Positions 1-11,679 of a stretch of DNA of 61,799 bases are shown piece after piece. The position numbers were made by a program, and so were the translations under genes. Below the pieces are notes generated by a model. The model was not told the origin of the DNA and did no database searches. It saw only the letters and a program-made list of their open reading frames with translations. Source of the stretch: Euprymna scolopes. Lineage: Eukaryota. The stretch lies in the NCBI GenBank assembly GCA_053919585.1, contig CM132811.1; one strand, written 5' to 3'. Position 1 is the stretch's first letter; each line of letters starts with the position of its first letter.

Positions 1-1370
1 GCGAATCTTCAAATCCATGCCGACAAGGCGCTATGAAGGTTTCAAACAGTTATTTTTCGGAGCCATTGCTCCTGTTGGGATTTGGGCTGAATGTGGCGCC
101 ATTTATTATGAAGTTTGTTATAGACGCTATCATATCTAAAGACCATGTGACCAAAAGCGCCACATCAGCATATGTTGATGATATTTTCATTAATGAAAAT
201 GTAGTCAACATTTTTTAGAGGATGGTTTGGTTTTTAAGGATCTGGTGCGACTGAGATGGAGCCAAATTCTTGGCTTGCAAGTCTGAGAAAAAGATGGCAC
301 TCTTCGATGGAAACGAGAAAGTCTAATTCCGGAAATCCCTGATGAATTGACCCGCCGGTGCGTACTTTCTCTCTGTGGGACAATCGTTGCTCACTTCCCC
401 GTATATGAATGACTGCGGGTGGCAGTTGAATTTATCAAGCGCCTAGCAACTGCAGTAACAAAGGGCTGGGATGGCAGAATAAAAAACGCGTCACTCTATC
501 ACATATTAGCAGAAACGTTGAGCAAAGTACGAGAAGCAGATCCGTTGGAGTAGGTTGGTGTATGGACGGCAAAGAAATTAGTCTGGATGGATGCGAGTTG
601 CATAGCCACAGGAATGGCATTGGAAACAAATGGAATGGTCATCGAGGATGCGTGTTGGCTACGTCCAACTAACAATGCTCAGCACATCAATCTAGCTGAA
701 CTCGACACGGCACTCACTGAAGTCAATTTGGGCCTTCAATGGAAAGAACAGTCATACTTGGTCACTGATTCGGTGTACGTGCACCAGTGGATTTTCAACA
801 CTTTAACTGGAAAAGCACGTGTGAACACGAGAGCAGCTGGTGAGATGCTCATCAGGCGACAGTTAGGAACCCTGCAATCGATGGCGAAAGAATATAGATT
901 GGCCATCGATGTAAAACTCGTAAAATCCTGTCAGAACCACGCAGATACTCACCAGAGTGCCGCACAAGCTGATGGATCTACTCGAGGAATGAGGAGAGCC
1001 AGTGGTCGAGAGTTGCTCAACAATAGGGCAACTGAATGGCTGACATCCATAATCAAATTGGACATCCAGGTGTAAAACGAACTTTATATTTTTCCAGGTC
1101 AGTTGACCCGCAAGTGTCTAAAGAGACTGTTAAATTTGTTTGTGAATGCCTGAGAAACCCGTCGATCAATAGATCCGGCACCTGTTTGCTTGAAAAAAGA
1201 AAAACTCAGCGTGAGAAAAAACTCGAACGGGTTAGCGATGGACATAACCCACCACAATGGGGATAACTTTCTATCATCGACTGTCGCACCTCTACATTTG
1301 CAATATGGCGGTCACTGCGTCGAGCAGATGTGACCACCTTTATCCGACAGTTGGAGAATATTTTCCTTAT
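1..1370 (+). pseudogene. Degenerate LTR-retrotransposon pol remnant (RT - RNase H - integrase order, Gypsy-like)
   Basis: ORF 33-218 has the RT motif SAYVDDIFI. ORF 587-1075 has RNase H-like motifs (MDASCIATG, HINLAELD, LVTDSVYV, NHADT). ORF 1036-1266 has an integrase zinc-binding-like stretch IHNQIGHPGVKRT...C. Stops and frameshifts separate the segments. Confidence 0.8.
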
Positions 1371-2210
1371 ACGTTGCGCGAGTTAACTACAATCTATTAA
1401 GGAGGCCTTGCGCAGCTTCGGTTGCTTAGAAACTCTTGACTGGACGATCATAATCGAGGGCAATCAATCTGACAGAAACTTGGCCATTTTGGTGACCTTT
1501 CATCTGCTTGAGCTGAAGTATTGGGCCGTGGTAGTCCTAAGAGTTCCACCCGCTTAGGCCTTAATGGTTGGAGTTATTTTATTGTTAATGGCCTGAGGCG
1601 CCACAACCGAATAATACCGATGAGACTACCCAAACAATTATTAATAGGACAGTTTTTTTTGGGGTTTTTTTTCTCAGTTGTCTCCATCTTTCTGCCTTGT
1701 GCCGTATGTGATTTAAAAAAATAAATACCTAGTCTATTGCGATTAATGCAGAGCTTAATGGAGGAACCCCAGTAAGTCTTTCGATGATTTGTTTTTATTA
1801 AAGTCACCCCAGAGAAGACATAAATCACTGGACGTAAAGGAACTAAAAAGAATGAAAGCTGGTTATTGCAAAGAAGAGGAATACTTATGGACAAAAGTCT
1901 GGAAAAAGCCAAAGTTATAGGTAGGAGGAAAATAGTCAGCAGAAAGAGTTCAGCACGATTGCTGTTCTTGGTAAAATACTCATGGAATAGGGGTTTGTAT
2001 TATAAAGACGTATCATAACAACGAATTGATGAAGCATTTATAGAAGAGAAGTCGAAGAAGCCTGTCCAAACCTTTCAATTCAAAAACCAGATATTAGTAC
2101 TTTGCTCAAATTCGAAAGCTTGCAGGTAATTGGAACAGGTATTGGACAATGATAATCTTTACTTTGAAGAATGGTTTTGAATAAATCCTTGCAAAAATTA
2201 TTTGCTACAT

Positions 2211-2322
2211 GCTTACGGCATAGTCACGTTGACACTACGATTCTCGTTAAATTAACGAAGTTAAGCGATGCTCAGCCTTGCCAGTAACAAATGGGTAACC
2301 ATTTGGGAATATTAAGTACAGT
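2211..2322 (+). pseudogene. 5S rRNA-derived copy (retropseudogene or SINE3 head)
   Basis: GCTTACGGCATAGTCACGTTGAC...TTCTCGTT...CGAAGTTAAGCG...CAGTAAC.AATGGGTAACC.TTTGGGAATAT follows the metazoan 5S rRNA consensus over ~110 nt with many substitutions. Confidence 0.75.
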
Positions 2323-2620
2323 CTCTCTCTTTCCTTTCTCTCTCTTTCCTTTCTTTCTCTCTCTCTCTCTCTCTCTGCCAGTCCGTCGATTTCGACGATG
2401 ACGCGGAGGTTGGTTAGTGTCCGTGTCGAAGGTGCGATGTGAGTCCGATCGGAGCTCTGAAACCCTGGCTGCAAGTGTAACACACGATGACAGGAAATCC
2501 GGGTAGTGATGCCCGTAGTCGCGCTCTTTTTGCTTCCTCTTCAGCAAGAGCACGACCATCAGACTCCAATCGCCTGATTGCATAGATCACGCCGCGGCTT
2601 CCAGTCCATCAAACTTGCCG
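2323..2620 (-). mobile_element. RTE (BovB-like) LINE 3' end with C2H2 zinc finger and (AG)n tail
   Basis: Minus frame reads AIRRLESDGRALAEEEAKRARLR...CYTCSQGFRAPIGLTSHLRHGH* (stop 2414-2416), followed by a short 3' UTR GTCATCGTCGAAATCGACGGAC and an AG-rich tail. The upstream boundary is uncertain. Confidence 0.7.
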
Positions 2621-3147
2621 GTACGCCCTCACTCCATCGCCACTCATCTCCCAGCCTAGGCAAAGTAGGAATAAGCAGCTTGCCCAGTACTGCTAGCACC
2701 CTCTCCGCTAAAAGCAAAGGTACAGAGACAAGGACGAGCTAGAACAGTCTGCACACATGCAATCAGCCGCATCCGATAGCTGAGGCAGACCCAAGTCGAG
2801 TTGTACATCACCCTTGTTGACCGCGTCGGCACTGCGGTACTGGTTCATCTGTTGCGCAAGCCGTTGGGATTCCTTCCTCATCCGCCAAGAGCATCGTTGA
2901 CCAGGCTTGGATTTTTGTGACCCTAAATAGGGGGACTAGTGGGCGCTACACTTTGCCCAAAGGTGACCCAGCAGCAGATACTAATATAAGCTGGTATGTA
3001 TAATACCTAAGGGAGCTGAACATCTCCTGTGTTCTGTACATTTATTTATTTTCGTACTTATGAGCAAGGATATAGCACCTGTTAACCTCATCTTTTATAC
3101 TCTAAGGGGAACTGTTCATAGAATCTCTGTTTAAAGTATACGAAAAA

Positions 3148-3263
3148 ACGGCATACTTACATGTATAAGACGAACTCACGTTGACACACTGGTTCTCGTT
3201 AGATTACCGTTTAATCTGGCCAGTACCAGATGGATGACTATTTGAGAATAGTAGGCGCTGTAT
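3148..3263 (+). pseudogene. 5S rRNA-derived copy with internal indels
   Basis: ACGGCATAC..CACGTTGACACACTGGTTCTCGTTAGATTACCG..GGCCAGTACCAGATGGATGACTATTTGAGAATAGTAGGCGCTGTA matches the 5S layout and the 2211 copy. Confidence 0.65.
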
Positions 3264-3577
3264 GTGTTCACGTAAGCGGCTAGGTATAACACCTTTTGCC
3301 TTGCGGAGTTGCAGGTAACTTTTAAGCAAAGTGTAGCACCTGTTAGTTTTCCTCTGATATTCTGTGGGATTTCCATACACGGAGTAAATGGAATTCCTTA
3401 GCCATGGTGAATGCGATACATCTAGGAAAGGTAGGTTCTGTTGAAAAAAACAAACCGGAAAAAAAAGTCTGTTGGCATTGTACAGAAATCCAGTAGTAAT
3501 GTCGTAAACAAAACATCAGCTTCCAACCAATACGGAAGTAGTAAGGCCCAGAAAACTGTCATGAGCTTGCTCATGTA

Positions 3578-3658
3578 TTAGGTTGGTGTAAAAATAATGC
3601 CGTTTTTTGTTACGTTCAACTTGTATAAAAAAAACGACATTATTTTTGCACTAACCTA
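3578..3658. mobile_element. Made1-like mariner MITE (~80 bp)
   Basis: Terminal inverted repeats TTAGGTTGGTGTAAAAATAATGCCGTTTTTT / AAAAAACGACATTATTTTTGCACTAACCTA, flanked by TA. They resemble the Hsmar1/Made1 TIR TTAGGTTGGTGCAAAAGTAATTGCGGTTTTT. Confidence 0.8.
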
Positions 3659-4347
3659 TATAAATGCGCAGTCTAGTCTAACCGGAAATAGCGAAATATT
3701 TTTTTTTTTTTAAATAGTGCTTATGTATGTACTTCAGCGCCAACCAACCTTTTTCGCGTTCCATGTTTTTTCTTGTTTCCTACTTTATAGATTTCGAAAT
3801 TCTTTTATGTTCGTCAAGTTCACATCACCAAGATAATCGATACGAAGGAGGTTGGGGACGGTTACAACATGCGCTTACATAATAGAGGCCCATCACGTGG
3901 CTCCATTAAGGGACGCGGCTATGCTCTCTTACTCACGAGAACAGACAGCGTGGCAAGACCACCGGATCTGCGAATCAATGGGCCAGATATTGTCGTCCGC
4001 TATTGCGACTCAAGTGTTTCACGTGATCAGCTGACTGGATGCAGTCACATGACAACAGGAGAGGAATCGAATCACATGTAGAGGAGCACATAAATAAATA
4101 AATAAATAAATAAAGCTTCAATTGGAGCACGGGGAGTTAGATATCAGACGCGTGACCAGCTGAGTGTGAAATACGTATTTTTATTAGACAGTTAAAAAAG
4201 TTGGAATCACGAGTCCCTTGAGAACAAAGGACCATTTCATAAGGAAATGTATTGATCAAGACTTAATCCTAAGAATGAAATTAGCTTAACATTTTATATA
4301 AAAGAACATCACGAATTCAAAAGCTACGAGGTGCCTTAAATAAGTTT

Positions 4348-4548
4348 TTTTTTATTTACTTGCCTCGCCACGAGGGCAAAGTTAGACACAAGATCGGTTT
4401 TTAATGTCGGGGAAAATTCAGCTCCCCAAAAAAGGGGAACTCTGGATAGGAACAGAAATAAAAATTTTCTCAATCATGAAACTTTTTCCTCCACTGACTG
4501 AGAACAAAAAAATGTGAAATGTACTATCAGAACAGATACTACACTTTA
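4348..4548 (-). mobile_element. Short retroposed dispersed repeat (~200 bp), copy 1
   Basis: Flanked by a 14-bp direct repeat CCTTAAATAAGTTT (4334-4347 and 4549-4562), T-rich at the left end, and homologous to 53224-53431. Confidence 0.75.
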
Positions 4549-4642
4549 CCTTAAATAAGTTTGAAAACTTTTTTTTCGTCTGGGTATTTTTATGGATAGT
4601 AATAAAAAGTTTATTGCAGTACATATTTTAAGATATTCTGTA

Positions 4643-5063
4643 CTAGCATTTCAGCCCGGCGTTGCCCGGGTGTTTGGAAGTGTATGTTGAACAAAGAAAA
4701 AAAAAAGCGGTCAATTTTTTTAAAACTTTGACCCCTATTATGACCCCTAAACATTTATTCTTTTGGGCTCTAATCGAGTTATTAAGTTAGATCCATGTCC
4801 AAGGAACCTATATCTAAAATTTCAAGTGTTTAGACCGAACATTGTCGGAGGAGTTTGGTAGAGTTCTCAAAGGTCAAATCGTTGAGCTTTGACCCCTTAA
4901 CGGCCAAATTTCTGGCCGAAAACCGATTTAAAAGATTTTCCCAAATCTCAGTACCCTGTATATCAAATTTCGAGTCTGTAGACAGAAAATTGACAGAGTT
5001 ATTGTGTTGGAAAATGTACACACACACACACACACACATACACGCACAGTTCATCTTTCTAGA
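4643..5063 (-). mobile_element. Non-autonomous Helitron-like element
   Basis: 3' CTAG at 4643-4646 with a GC hairpin CCCGGCGTTGCCCGGG ~10 bp inside; 5' TC at 5062-5063 near a (CA)n tract. Confidence 0.7.
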
Positions 5064-5067
5064 TATA

Positions 5068-5171
5068 CTAGCATTTCGGCCTGGCGTTTCCCGGGTGTTT
5101 GGAGGTGTATGTTGAGCCAAAAAAGAGTTATTGCGTGGGAAAATGTACATAGACACACAGACACTTTCACT

Positions 5172-5175
<4 letters not shown>
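5068..5175 (-). mobile_element. Short Helitron-like element in tandem with the previous one
   Basis: CTAGCATTTCGGCCTGGCGTTTCCCGGGTGTTTGGAGG repeats the 3' terminus of the 4643 element. Confidence 0.6.
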
Positions 5176-5241
<66 letters not shown>

Positions 5242-5290
5242 CTTGATAGTAATCTTAGTCTTCAAATAAATCTCTATCTCTTCTATTATA

Positions 5291-5731
5291 TTAGTCCGGG
5301 TACCCGGCGTTGCCCGAGTATTGGGAGGTGTGTATTGAGCAAAAAAAAAAAAAAAAGAAAAAAGTGGTCGTGTGCAGGCAGGCTCGAACTCGTAACGCGA
5401 AGGAGAAAAAGAACGCGAAGAAAAAAAACGTGACATCTTTGCCGTTGCGTCCATCGCCAAACCGCAAGTAGCGAAGGTTTAAATTAAGACTAGTCAATCG
5501 AAAAGAGGGGATGACTTTCGAAAATATCGGCGAAAAAAGCGACCCCTCCTTGTAGTAAAATGCCTAGTTGAGGGTGAAGGAATTAATGTTTTTGGCCAAT
5601 TTTTCGATAGTTGTTGTCCGAAGGGTCACGCTTCAAAACGATACCGATCTCGTGAAAATCCGTCGCGTATGTCGAAATTTTTAGCCAAACATACATACAT
5701 TTAAACAGAGAGGTGAGATTTATATTATAGA
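5291..5731 (-). mobile_element. Non-autonomous Helitron-like element (family shared with 54819-55271)
   Basis: Hairpin CCCGGCGTTGCCCGAG near the 3' end, 5' TCTATAATATAAATCTCACC, and colinear similarity over ~440 bp with 54819-55271. Confidence 0.75.
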
Positions 5732-6574
5732 TAAAAGTGAATTTGTGTGTGTGAGTTCCGTACTCATAGGTTCCGAAACGGCTGAACCTACCTTTTTGCA
5801 AATTTCACACAAAGCTAATTTATTTCTGGCAGTGTTCTTAGATCAGTTTTCTACAGAAATTCATCAGATAAGTAATGAAACTAAAAACAAAATTCGATCT
5901 TAAAAATAGTTTTTATTCTCTTATAGAAAAATAATTTTTATAAGGGAACATTTTACGTTACACCGGTGGGAAATAATTAGGGAATAGATCAGATAATTCA
6001 GAGGAACACATGCCATAATAGTATTTATAGAAAAGACAGAGACTAGCAACGTCACGTCAGTGAGAGAGGTTGCAGAGAAAAAGGGTACAGCCAATTAAAT
6101 TACTGATACGTTTCTGTGCTTTATCAAGAACATTGAAATGGGACAGAGATTCACCAACTCAAATATGACTATGAATAGTTTGATAGTTTTTGACAGAGGA
6201 GGAAGAATTGCTGCTGTCTGGCTCAGCTGTTCTTTTCAAATGATTTTATGTAAGGATGTTGAATCATTTTATGAGATTCATCGTCATTCAATTGCTAATT
6301 TATCCATTAATATTTATCTTCAAGTTGTTTTTTATCTTGATAAATGATGGTTCGTTATTTATAGACTTAAATGGTTAACATGCTGTTATATAATAATCTA
6401 CTACTAATGCTAATACTACTACTGATACTAATACTACAATACAGCAGCTCCAGATGGTATTAATAATACCGCGTCATTTATACTAGTATTAGAATTACAG
6501 TATAATTTACATACTGTATCAATAGTACAGTTTAAGTTATAGATTTACTAGTATTAATAGTACAGTGCACATTA

Positions 6575-6960
6575 CACAAATGTTGTATTAATAATACAGT
6601 GTAGATTAAACAAATCTAGTATTAATAATACAGTGTAGATTAAACAAATCTAGTATTAAAAATACAGTGTAGATTACACAAATCTAGTATTAATAATACA
6701 GTGTAGATTACACAAATCTAGTATTTATAATACAGTGTAGATTACACAAATCTAGTATTAATAATACCGTATACATTACAAAAATCTAGTATTAATAATA
6801 CCGTATACATTACACAAATCTAGTATTAATAATACCGTATAGTGGACAGATATACTTGTATTTTTTATACCGTGTAATTTACACAAATCTACTAGTATGA
6901 ATAATACTGTATAATTTACACAAATCCAGCTCGTATTAAAAATACCGTGTAATTTGCACA
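6575..6960. repeat. 34-bp minisatellite (~10 copies, degenerating at both ends)
   Basis: Unit ATTACACAAATCTAGTATTAATAATACAGTGTAG is tandemly repeated and contains the dyad GTATTA-A-TAATAC. Confidence 0.9.
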
Positions 6961-7576
6961 AGTCCGACAACTTTTCACGTTATATACGGATTCCAAAAAG
7001 CACACTCTTAAAACTCTTTCTATTATTCGACCCACTATTGTTCAAGCACCTTTACAACTAACCCATTCATTTTTTAAACTAATAATTCCCGCAAACAGGT
7101 TTAACTGGTTCGATGACGTAATAATCCCCCTCCCCGCGTCCCTCAGACGCTAGTAGATCACATAATGACTCAAACAGACGAACGTTTCTGTACACTTACC
7201 TTTGTATGGGTTTGGTCGACTTTTAAAGCGATGGAACTGCAGTCTAAAAAAAAAAAAAAAGTGGGAGTGGAAAGAAGAGCTGACGTCATCAGATAATGGT
7301 TACCACAAATAATGGCCGACTTAAGCGTAATCGATGCGAGGGACTTGCCAAAGGTTACGATGACCGTGGAAGACAACCCATTTCAATGCCATGGGCAACT
7401 ATAATTAATTAATGGCGATCCTAAAGGCCTGTGAACATTTGTTCACTGCATTAGTGATTAACATTATGTGTTGACTCTTGTTAACGAGCTGCTGTAGAAA
7501 ACGTGTCCTTTAATGTAACGTGTTAAGGGAATACGAATCAGGTTAGATGGATAATGAGAGATGAAAAGGATGGTGG

Positions 7577-7619
<43 letters not shown>

Positions 7620-7629
<10 letters not shown>

Positions 7630-8354
7630 CTGTGTGTGTCTGGTCACGAATAGGCTCCTATATGGTTGACTATTTTAAAAAACTGATTACATATAATGAT
7701 AGAAGATGTATCGAGACACAGGAATGGGTATGTTTGATCTGGCAGAACGATAGCTCATTAAAATTGTGAGGTCTGCGTTCGCGCCTGTCCACAAAGTATG
7801 GAAACAAAATTAAAAAAAAAAAAACATTTACAAGTATTTTTTATATAGATGTACATAAGAATACTTTGATAAGTATGTTTTAAGTTAAATAGGGATGGTA
7901 TAATAAAATTGCTGGGTCTGCGTTCGCGCCTGGCCTCCATAGAATGGAAATAGGCACAAACTTTAATAAAGACTTTTTGTATCTATCTGCGTAAGTATAC
8001 TTTGATAATTATGTTTCAGTTTGAAGAAATATGGTATAATAAAATTATGGGGTTTTCGTTCGCGCCTGACTTCCACAGAATAGAAATATGTCACAAAGTT
8101 TAACAAGGTTTTTTTAATATAGATCCACAGAATATTATGATAAGTGTTTCAGTGTTGACAGGTATGGTATAATAAATTATGGGGTTTATCTATATTATTT
8201 TTACTTTCATAATATTTTGCTTTGGTTCTGATACCCTCAAATTCGAAGCTATCTCTTTACAACCCTTCCTTTTCATAACCTATCATACTTTCATAAATCA
8301 GTTAATTTTCTGTACGCTGTTTTTGAACCCAGTCAACGACGGGTACTTTTGCTA

Positions 8355-8355
<1 letters not shown>
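7620..8355 (+). mobile_element. Non-autonomous Helitron-like element with internal ~140-bp tandem repeats, between (TA)n tracts
   Basis: 3' hairpin CCCAGTCAACGACGGG (8328-8343) then CTAG|T (8352-8355). The internal motif CGTTCGCGCCTG recurs at ~7776, 7921 and 8057. Confidence 0.7.
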
Positions 8356-8421
<66 letters not shown>

Positions 8422-8957
8422 ATAAATGAAAAGACTATGTTAAAAAATTCATGATGTTGACCATCTTATTATTCATTCCTTTAAATCAGTTGACATTTAC
8501 ACTTAACAGTATCTGTTTCGTAGCGCAAAACCAAGCACTTAATTATTATATCAATCAGTGAATCTATTATGCCCTTAACTCATCAGAAGAAATAGCACCA
8601 CTCAATCCATCAAAAGGAAATAAAGTGTGAAACCGAAATTTTATTCTCGGCATTTGTTGCCGGAACGCCCAGAAAGCAATAAGGTTTGATCAATGCGGGG
8701 GTACCCGTTATCAGACAATTTCGCTTTCTCATACGGAAAAGTCAATGAAACACACGTAGACCAAAAAATATCGCGAAAATAGCGTGTAAAAGTTACCCAA
8801 ATTAAAGATACACACGACTTAGTTTCGCAAATCGGAGATATTATAATCTACGTAGCATATAAAAAGCTCTAAGAAACAGTGGGCCCTATCCGAGCGCCCC
8901 ACCCCAAGCCTTTGCCGAACATACGTAAAAAATGAACACACACTAAACCACATTTTG

Positions 8958-9006
<49 letters not shown>

Positions 9007-9009
<3 letters not shown>

Positions 9010-10786
9010 ACAATTCCCCCACTAACTAACAATCACGAGGTTCTTTCCTCAGCAACCGAGAAGGCTAACATGCTTGCCAGTCGATTTGCCTCAAACTCCA
9101 CACTGGACCCTCTAAACCACCCCCTACCTCAATTTCCTATACGGACAGACGCCACGCTAGACGATCTGAAAATCACCCCTGCTCAGGTCCATGCTATCAT
9201 AAAAAACCTTGACACTTCCAAAGCATGTGGACCCGACCTCATCCCAGCTGTGCTATTAAAAAAGTGCTCAGCCGAAGTAGCTCCAGTTCTCTCCAAACTC
9301 TACAACAAATGCCTTAATGAATCTTGTTTTCCGAGCTGTTGGAAAACTGCTTCTGTATTACCAGTATTCAAGAATTCTGGCGAAAGAACTGACCCATTAA
9401 ATTATCGCCCTATTAGCCTCCTCCCACTTTTTGCCAAAATATTTGAGACCTTAATTAACCATGCTCTAGTCCAGCACCTTACAGATGCTAAACTTCTGAC
9501 CGACCATCAATATGGATTTAGACAAGCCCGTTCAACGGCAGACATCCTCACTGTAATCTCTGAACGCATATACCATTCACTGGACAAAGCGGGAGAGGGC
9601 AGAGCGGTAGCTCTAGATATATCTAAGGCTTTTGACAGGGTATGGCATGAGGGTCTCCTCAGGAAAATTAGATCTTACGGTATCACTGGTAGAATACTTA
9701 ACATAATTAAATCCTTCTTAGATAAGAGAAAAATCCAGGTTGTCCTCGACGGTCGTACATCTAAACAATATGATATAAATGCGGGAGTGCCCCAGGGATC
9801 TATCCTTGGACCTCTGCTGTTCCTGATATTCATAAATGACCTCCCCGACAAAATTGCCTCTGAGATGGGTATATATGCTGATGACACTACACTCTATAGC
9901 AGGCACGACAGGAAAACAAATGAACATATATCTAAAGTAATGGCAGAAACACTAGAGGATGACCTCCAATCAGTAGTGGAATGGGGACAAAAATGGATGG
10001 TAACGTTCAATGCCACCAAGACAAAACTGGTCTCATTCAATAATTACAAGAAACCTTCTCTACCACATATAGCAATGGCCAACGACTCTTTATCTGAGAG
10101 TACGTCTCTCAAGCTCCTTGGCCTAACGTTCACAGGAAACATGAGTTGGAACAATTACATCGAGGGCATTGCCAGGGCCGCTGCAAGGAAGGTGGGCTCT
10201 CTCTACCGTGCTAGAAAGCTTCTAACACCCGAAAGTATCCTGTACCTCTATAAGGCCACTATTCGCCCATGTATGGAGTATTGCTGTCATATTTGGGCCG
10301 GTGCATCGGCTACTAGTCTATCGCTCCTTGACAGGGTTCAAAAGAGAGTCGCAAATCTGATAGGCCCTAAACTGGCATCTAAACTTCAGCCTCTGTCCCA
10401 TCGTCGAAACGCTGCATCCCTCTACCTGTTCTACAAGTATTATAATGGTGAATGCTCTGAAGAACTGCAAGCACTTGTGCTCCCACGACGTGAACACCCT
10501 CGACAGACCCGACAAGCTGCAAAATCCCACCCCCACACTGTAGAGATCCCTAGATGTAAAAGATCTTTCTACTCCAGTAGTTTCTTCCCCAGAACAGCTA
10601 GAGTTTGGAATTCCATTCCAGGTCACTGCTTCCCCAACTGTACTGACATGCATAATTTCAAGTGCAACGTGAACCAACATCTCGCTGCCCTAATCCCTAC
10701 ATAGTACCCCAGTAGATGTTTCCCCTGATAGTAGCCCCCTACACCAAAGTGGCAATGTGCCTTGTTTGGGGTGAAAATGTAATAAA

Positions 10787-10790
<4 letters not shown>
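9007..10790 (+). mobile_element. 5'-truncated CR1-group (L2/Crack/Daphne-like) LINE inserted in a (TA)n microsatellite
   Basis: The reading frame is open from the junction at 9007 to the stop at 10704. It is followed by a short 3' UTR with a hairpin (CACCAAA...TTTGGGGTG) and an A tail, with (TA)n on both sides. Confidence 0.9.
9070..10704 (+). CDS. Non-LTR reverse transcriptase (ORF2 C-terminal part, endonuclease domain missing)
   Basis: Motifs NYRPISLL, QYGFR, LDISKAFDRVWH, GVPQGSILGPLLF, YADD, LLGLTF, SFFPRTARVWN; no internal stops. Confidence 0.9.
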   Translation: MLASRFASNSTLDPLNHPLPQFPIRTDATLDDLKITPAQVHAIIKNLDTSKACGPDLIPAVLLKKCSAEVAPVLSKLYNKCLNESCFPSCWKTASVLPVFKNSGERTDPLNYRPISLLPLFAKIFETLINHALVQHLTDAKLLTDHQYGFRQARSTADILTVISERIYHSLDKAGEGRAVALDISKAFDRVWHEGLLRKIRSYGITGRILNIIKSFLDKRKIQVVLDGRTSKQYDINAGVPQGSILGPLLFLIFINDLPDKIASEMGIYADDTTLYSRHDRKTNEHISKVMAETLEDDLQSVVEWGQKWMVTFNATKTKLVSFNNYKKPSLPHIAMANDSLSESTSLKLLGLTFTGNMSWNNYIEGIARAAARKVGSLYRARKLLTPESILYLYKATIRPCMEYCCHIWAGASATSLSLLDRVQKRVANLIGPKLASKLQPLSHRRNAASLYLFYKYYNGECSEELQALVLPRREHPRQTRQAAKSHPHTVEIPRCKRSFYSSSFFPRTARVWNSIPGHCFPNCTDMHNFKCNVNQHLAALIPT

Positions 10791-10830
<40 letters not shown>

Positions 10831-11510
10831 GCCATTTTGAATTTTCAAATAATATCACTAAAATTTATATTTCCGTATTAACAAACTATATTAATTTTAA
10901 TATTCGCTACTAAAAGTTATCCTATTTATTATGTTATTAAATTATTATAACATGTCTATATATTTATTTAATTTTATACGAAACTAATTACGAATATATA
11001 TATATATATATTTGGTGGCTACAGACATCAATTATGGCTATATTCCAACCAAATTTACTTACAACAATAAAACTACTAAAAGGATTAGTTAACCGCTTTC
11101 GAACCTCGCTCATCATAGTTATATCGAGAGTCGGATTACTATGAAAAAACCCCAAAAAACAATGTGGAATTGATAATACAGTAGAAGCCCGAGGTGCGGT
11201 GATCCTAGGACACGTTTTTTTTCAGGTTACGATGTGGAATACGAAGTTTTTCGGACCCTCGTTACGGTATTTGTCCCGACTTACGTTACGTGTTATAATG
11301 TTATTTGATTATATATACATATGTATTATATACTGTACTGTATTTTGTTACTAAGTTTTTAATGCCACATAACAAGGGCTATACTGTAAAGGGAAAAGGA
11401 AAATACGAGATGATAACATCAAATAGAATCCATATTAAGTCAAAGGAGTTATTTTTTCTTTACAAAAATATTTATCTGCGTATATCTCTCTATACATACA
11501 CACATGTATG

Positions 11511-11553
<43 letters not shown>

Positions 11554-11679
11554 GTGCATGTATGTGTGTATGTGTCTGCATGTATATATGCAAAGTTTGT
11601 GGGAACGGATCCAAGCAAACTGTTCAATTGTCAAACATAAATAAAATAAGATTGTAATATTTACTTATTTATGTCTGTG

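Noticed and set aside
1385-1576. Possible MITE with imperfect TIRs (TAACTACAATCTATTAAGG / CCTTAATGGTTGGAGTTA)
   Set aside because: Short imperfect match, single copy in the window, no clear TSD.
5004-5460. ORFs with IYIYIY/HTHT runs (also near 7.5, 10.7, 11.3, 15.6, 45.5 and 56.8 kb)
   Set aside because: Translations of (TA)n and (CA)n microsatellites.
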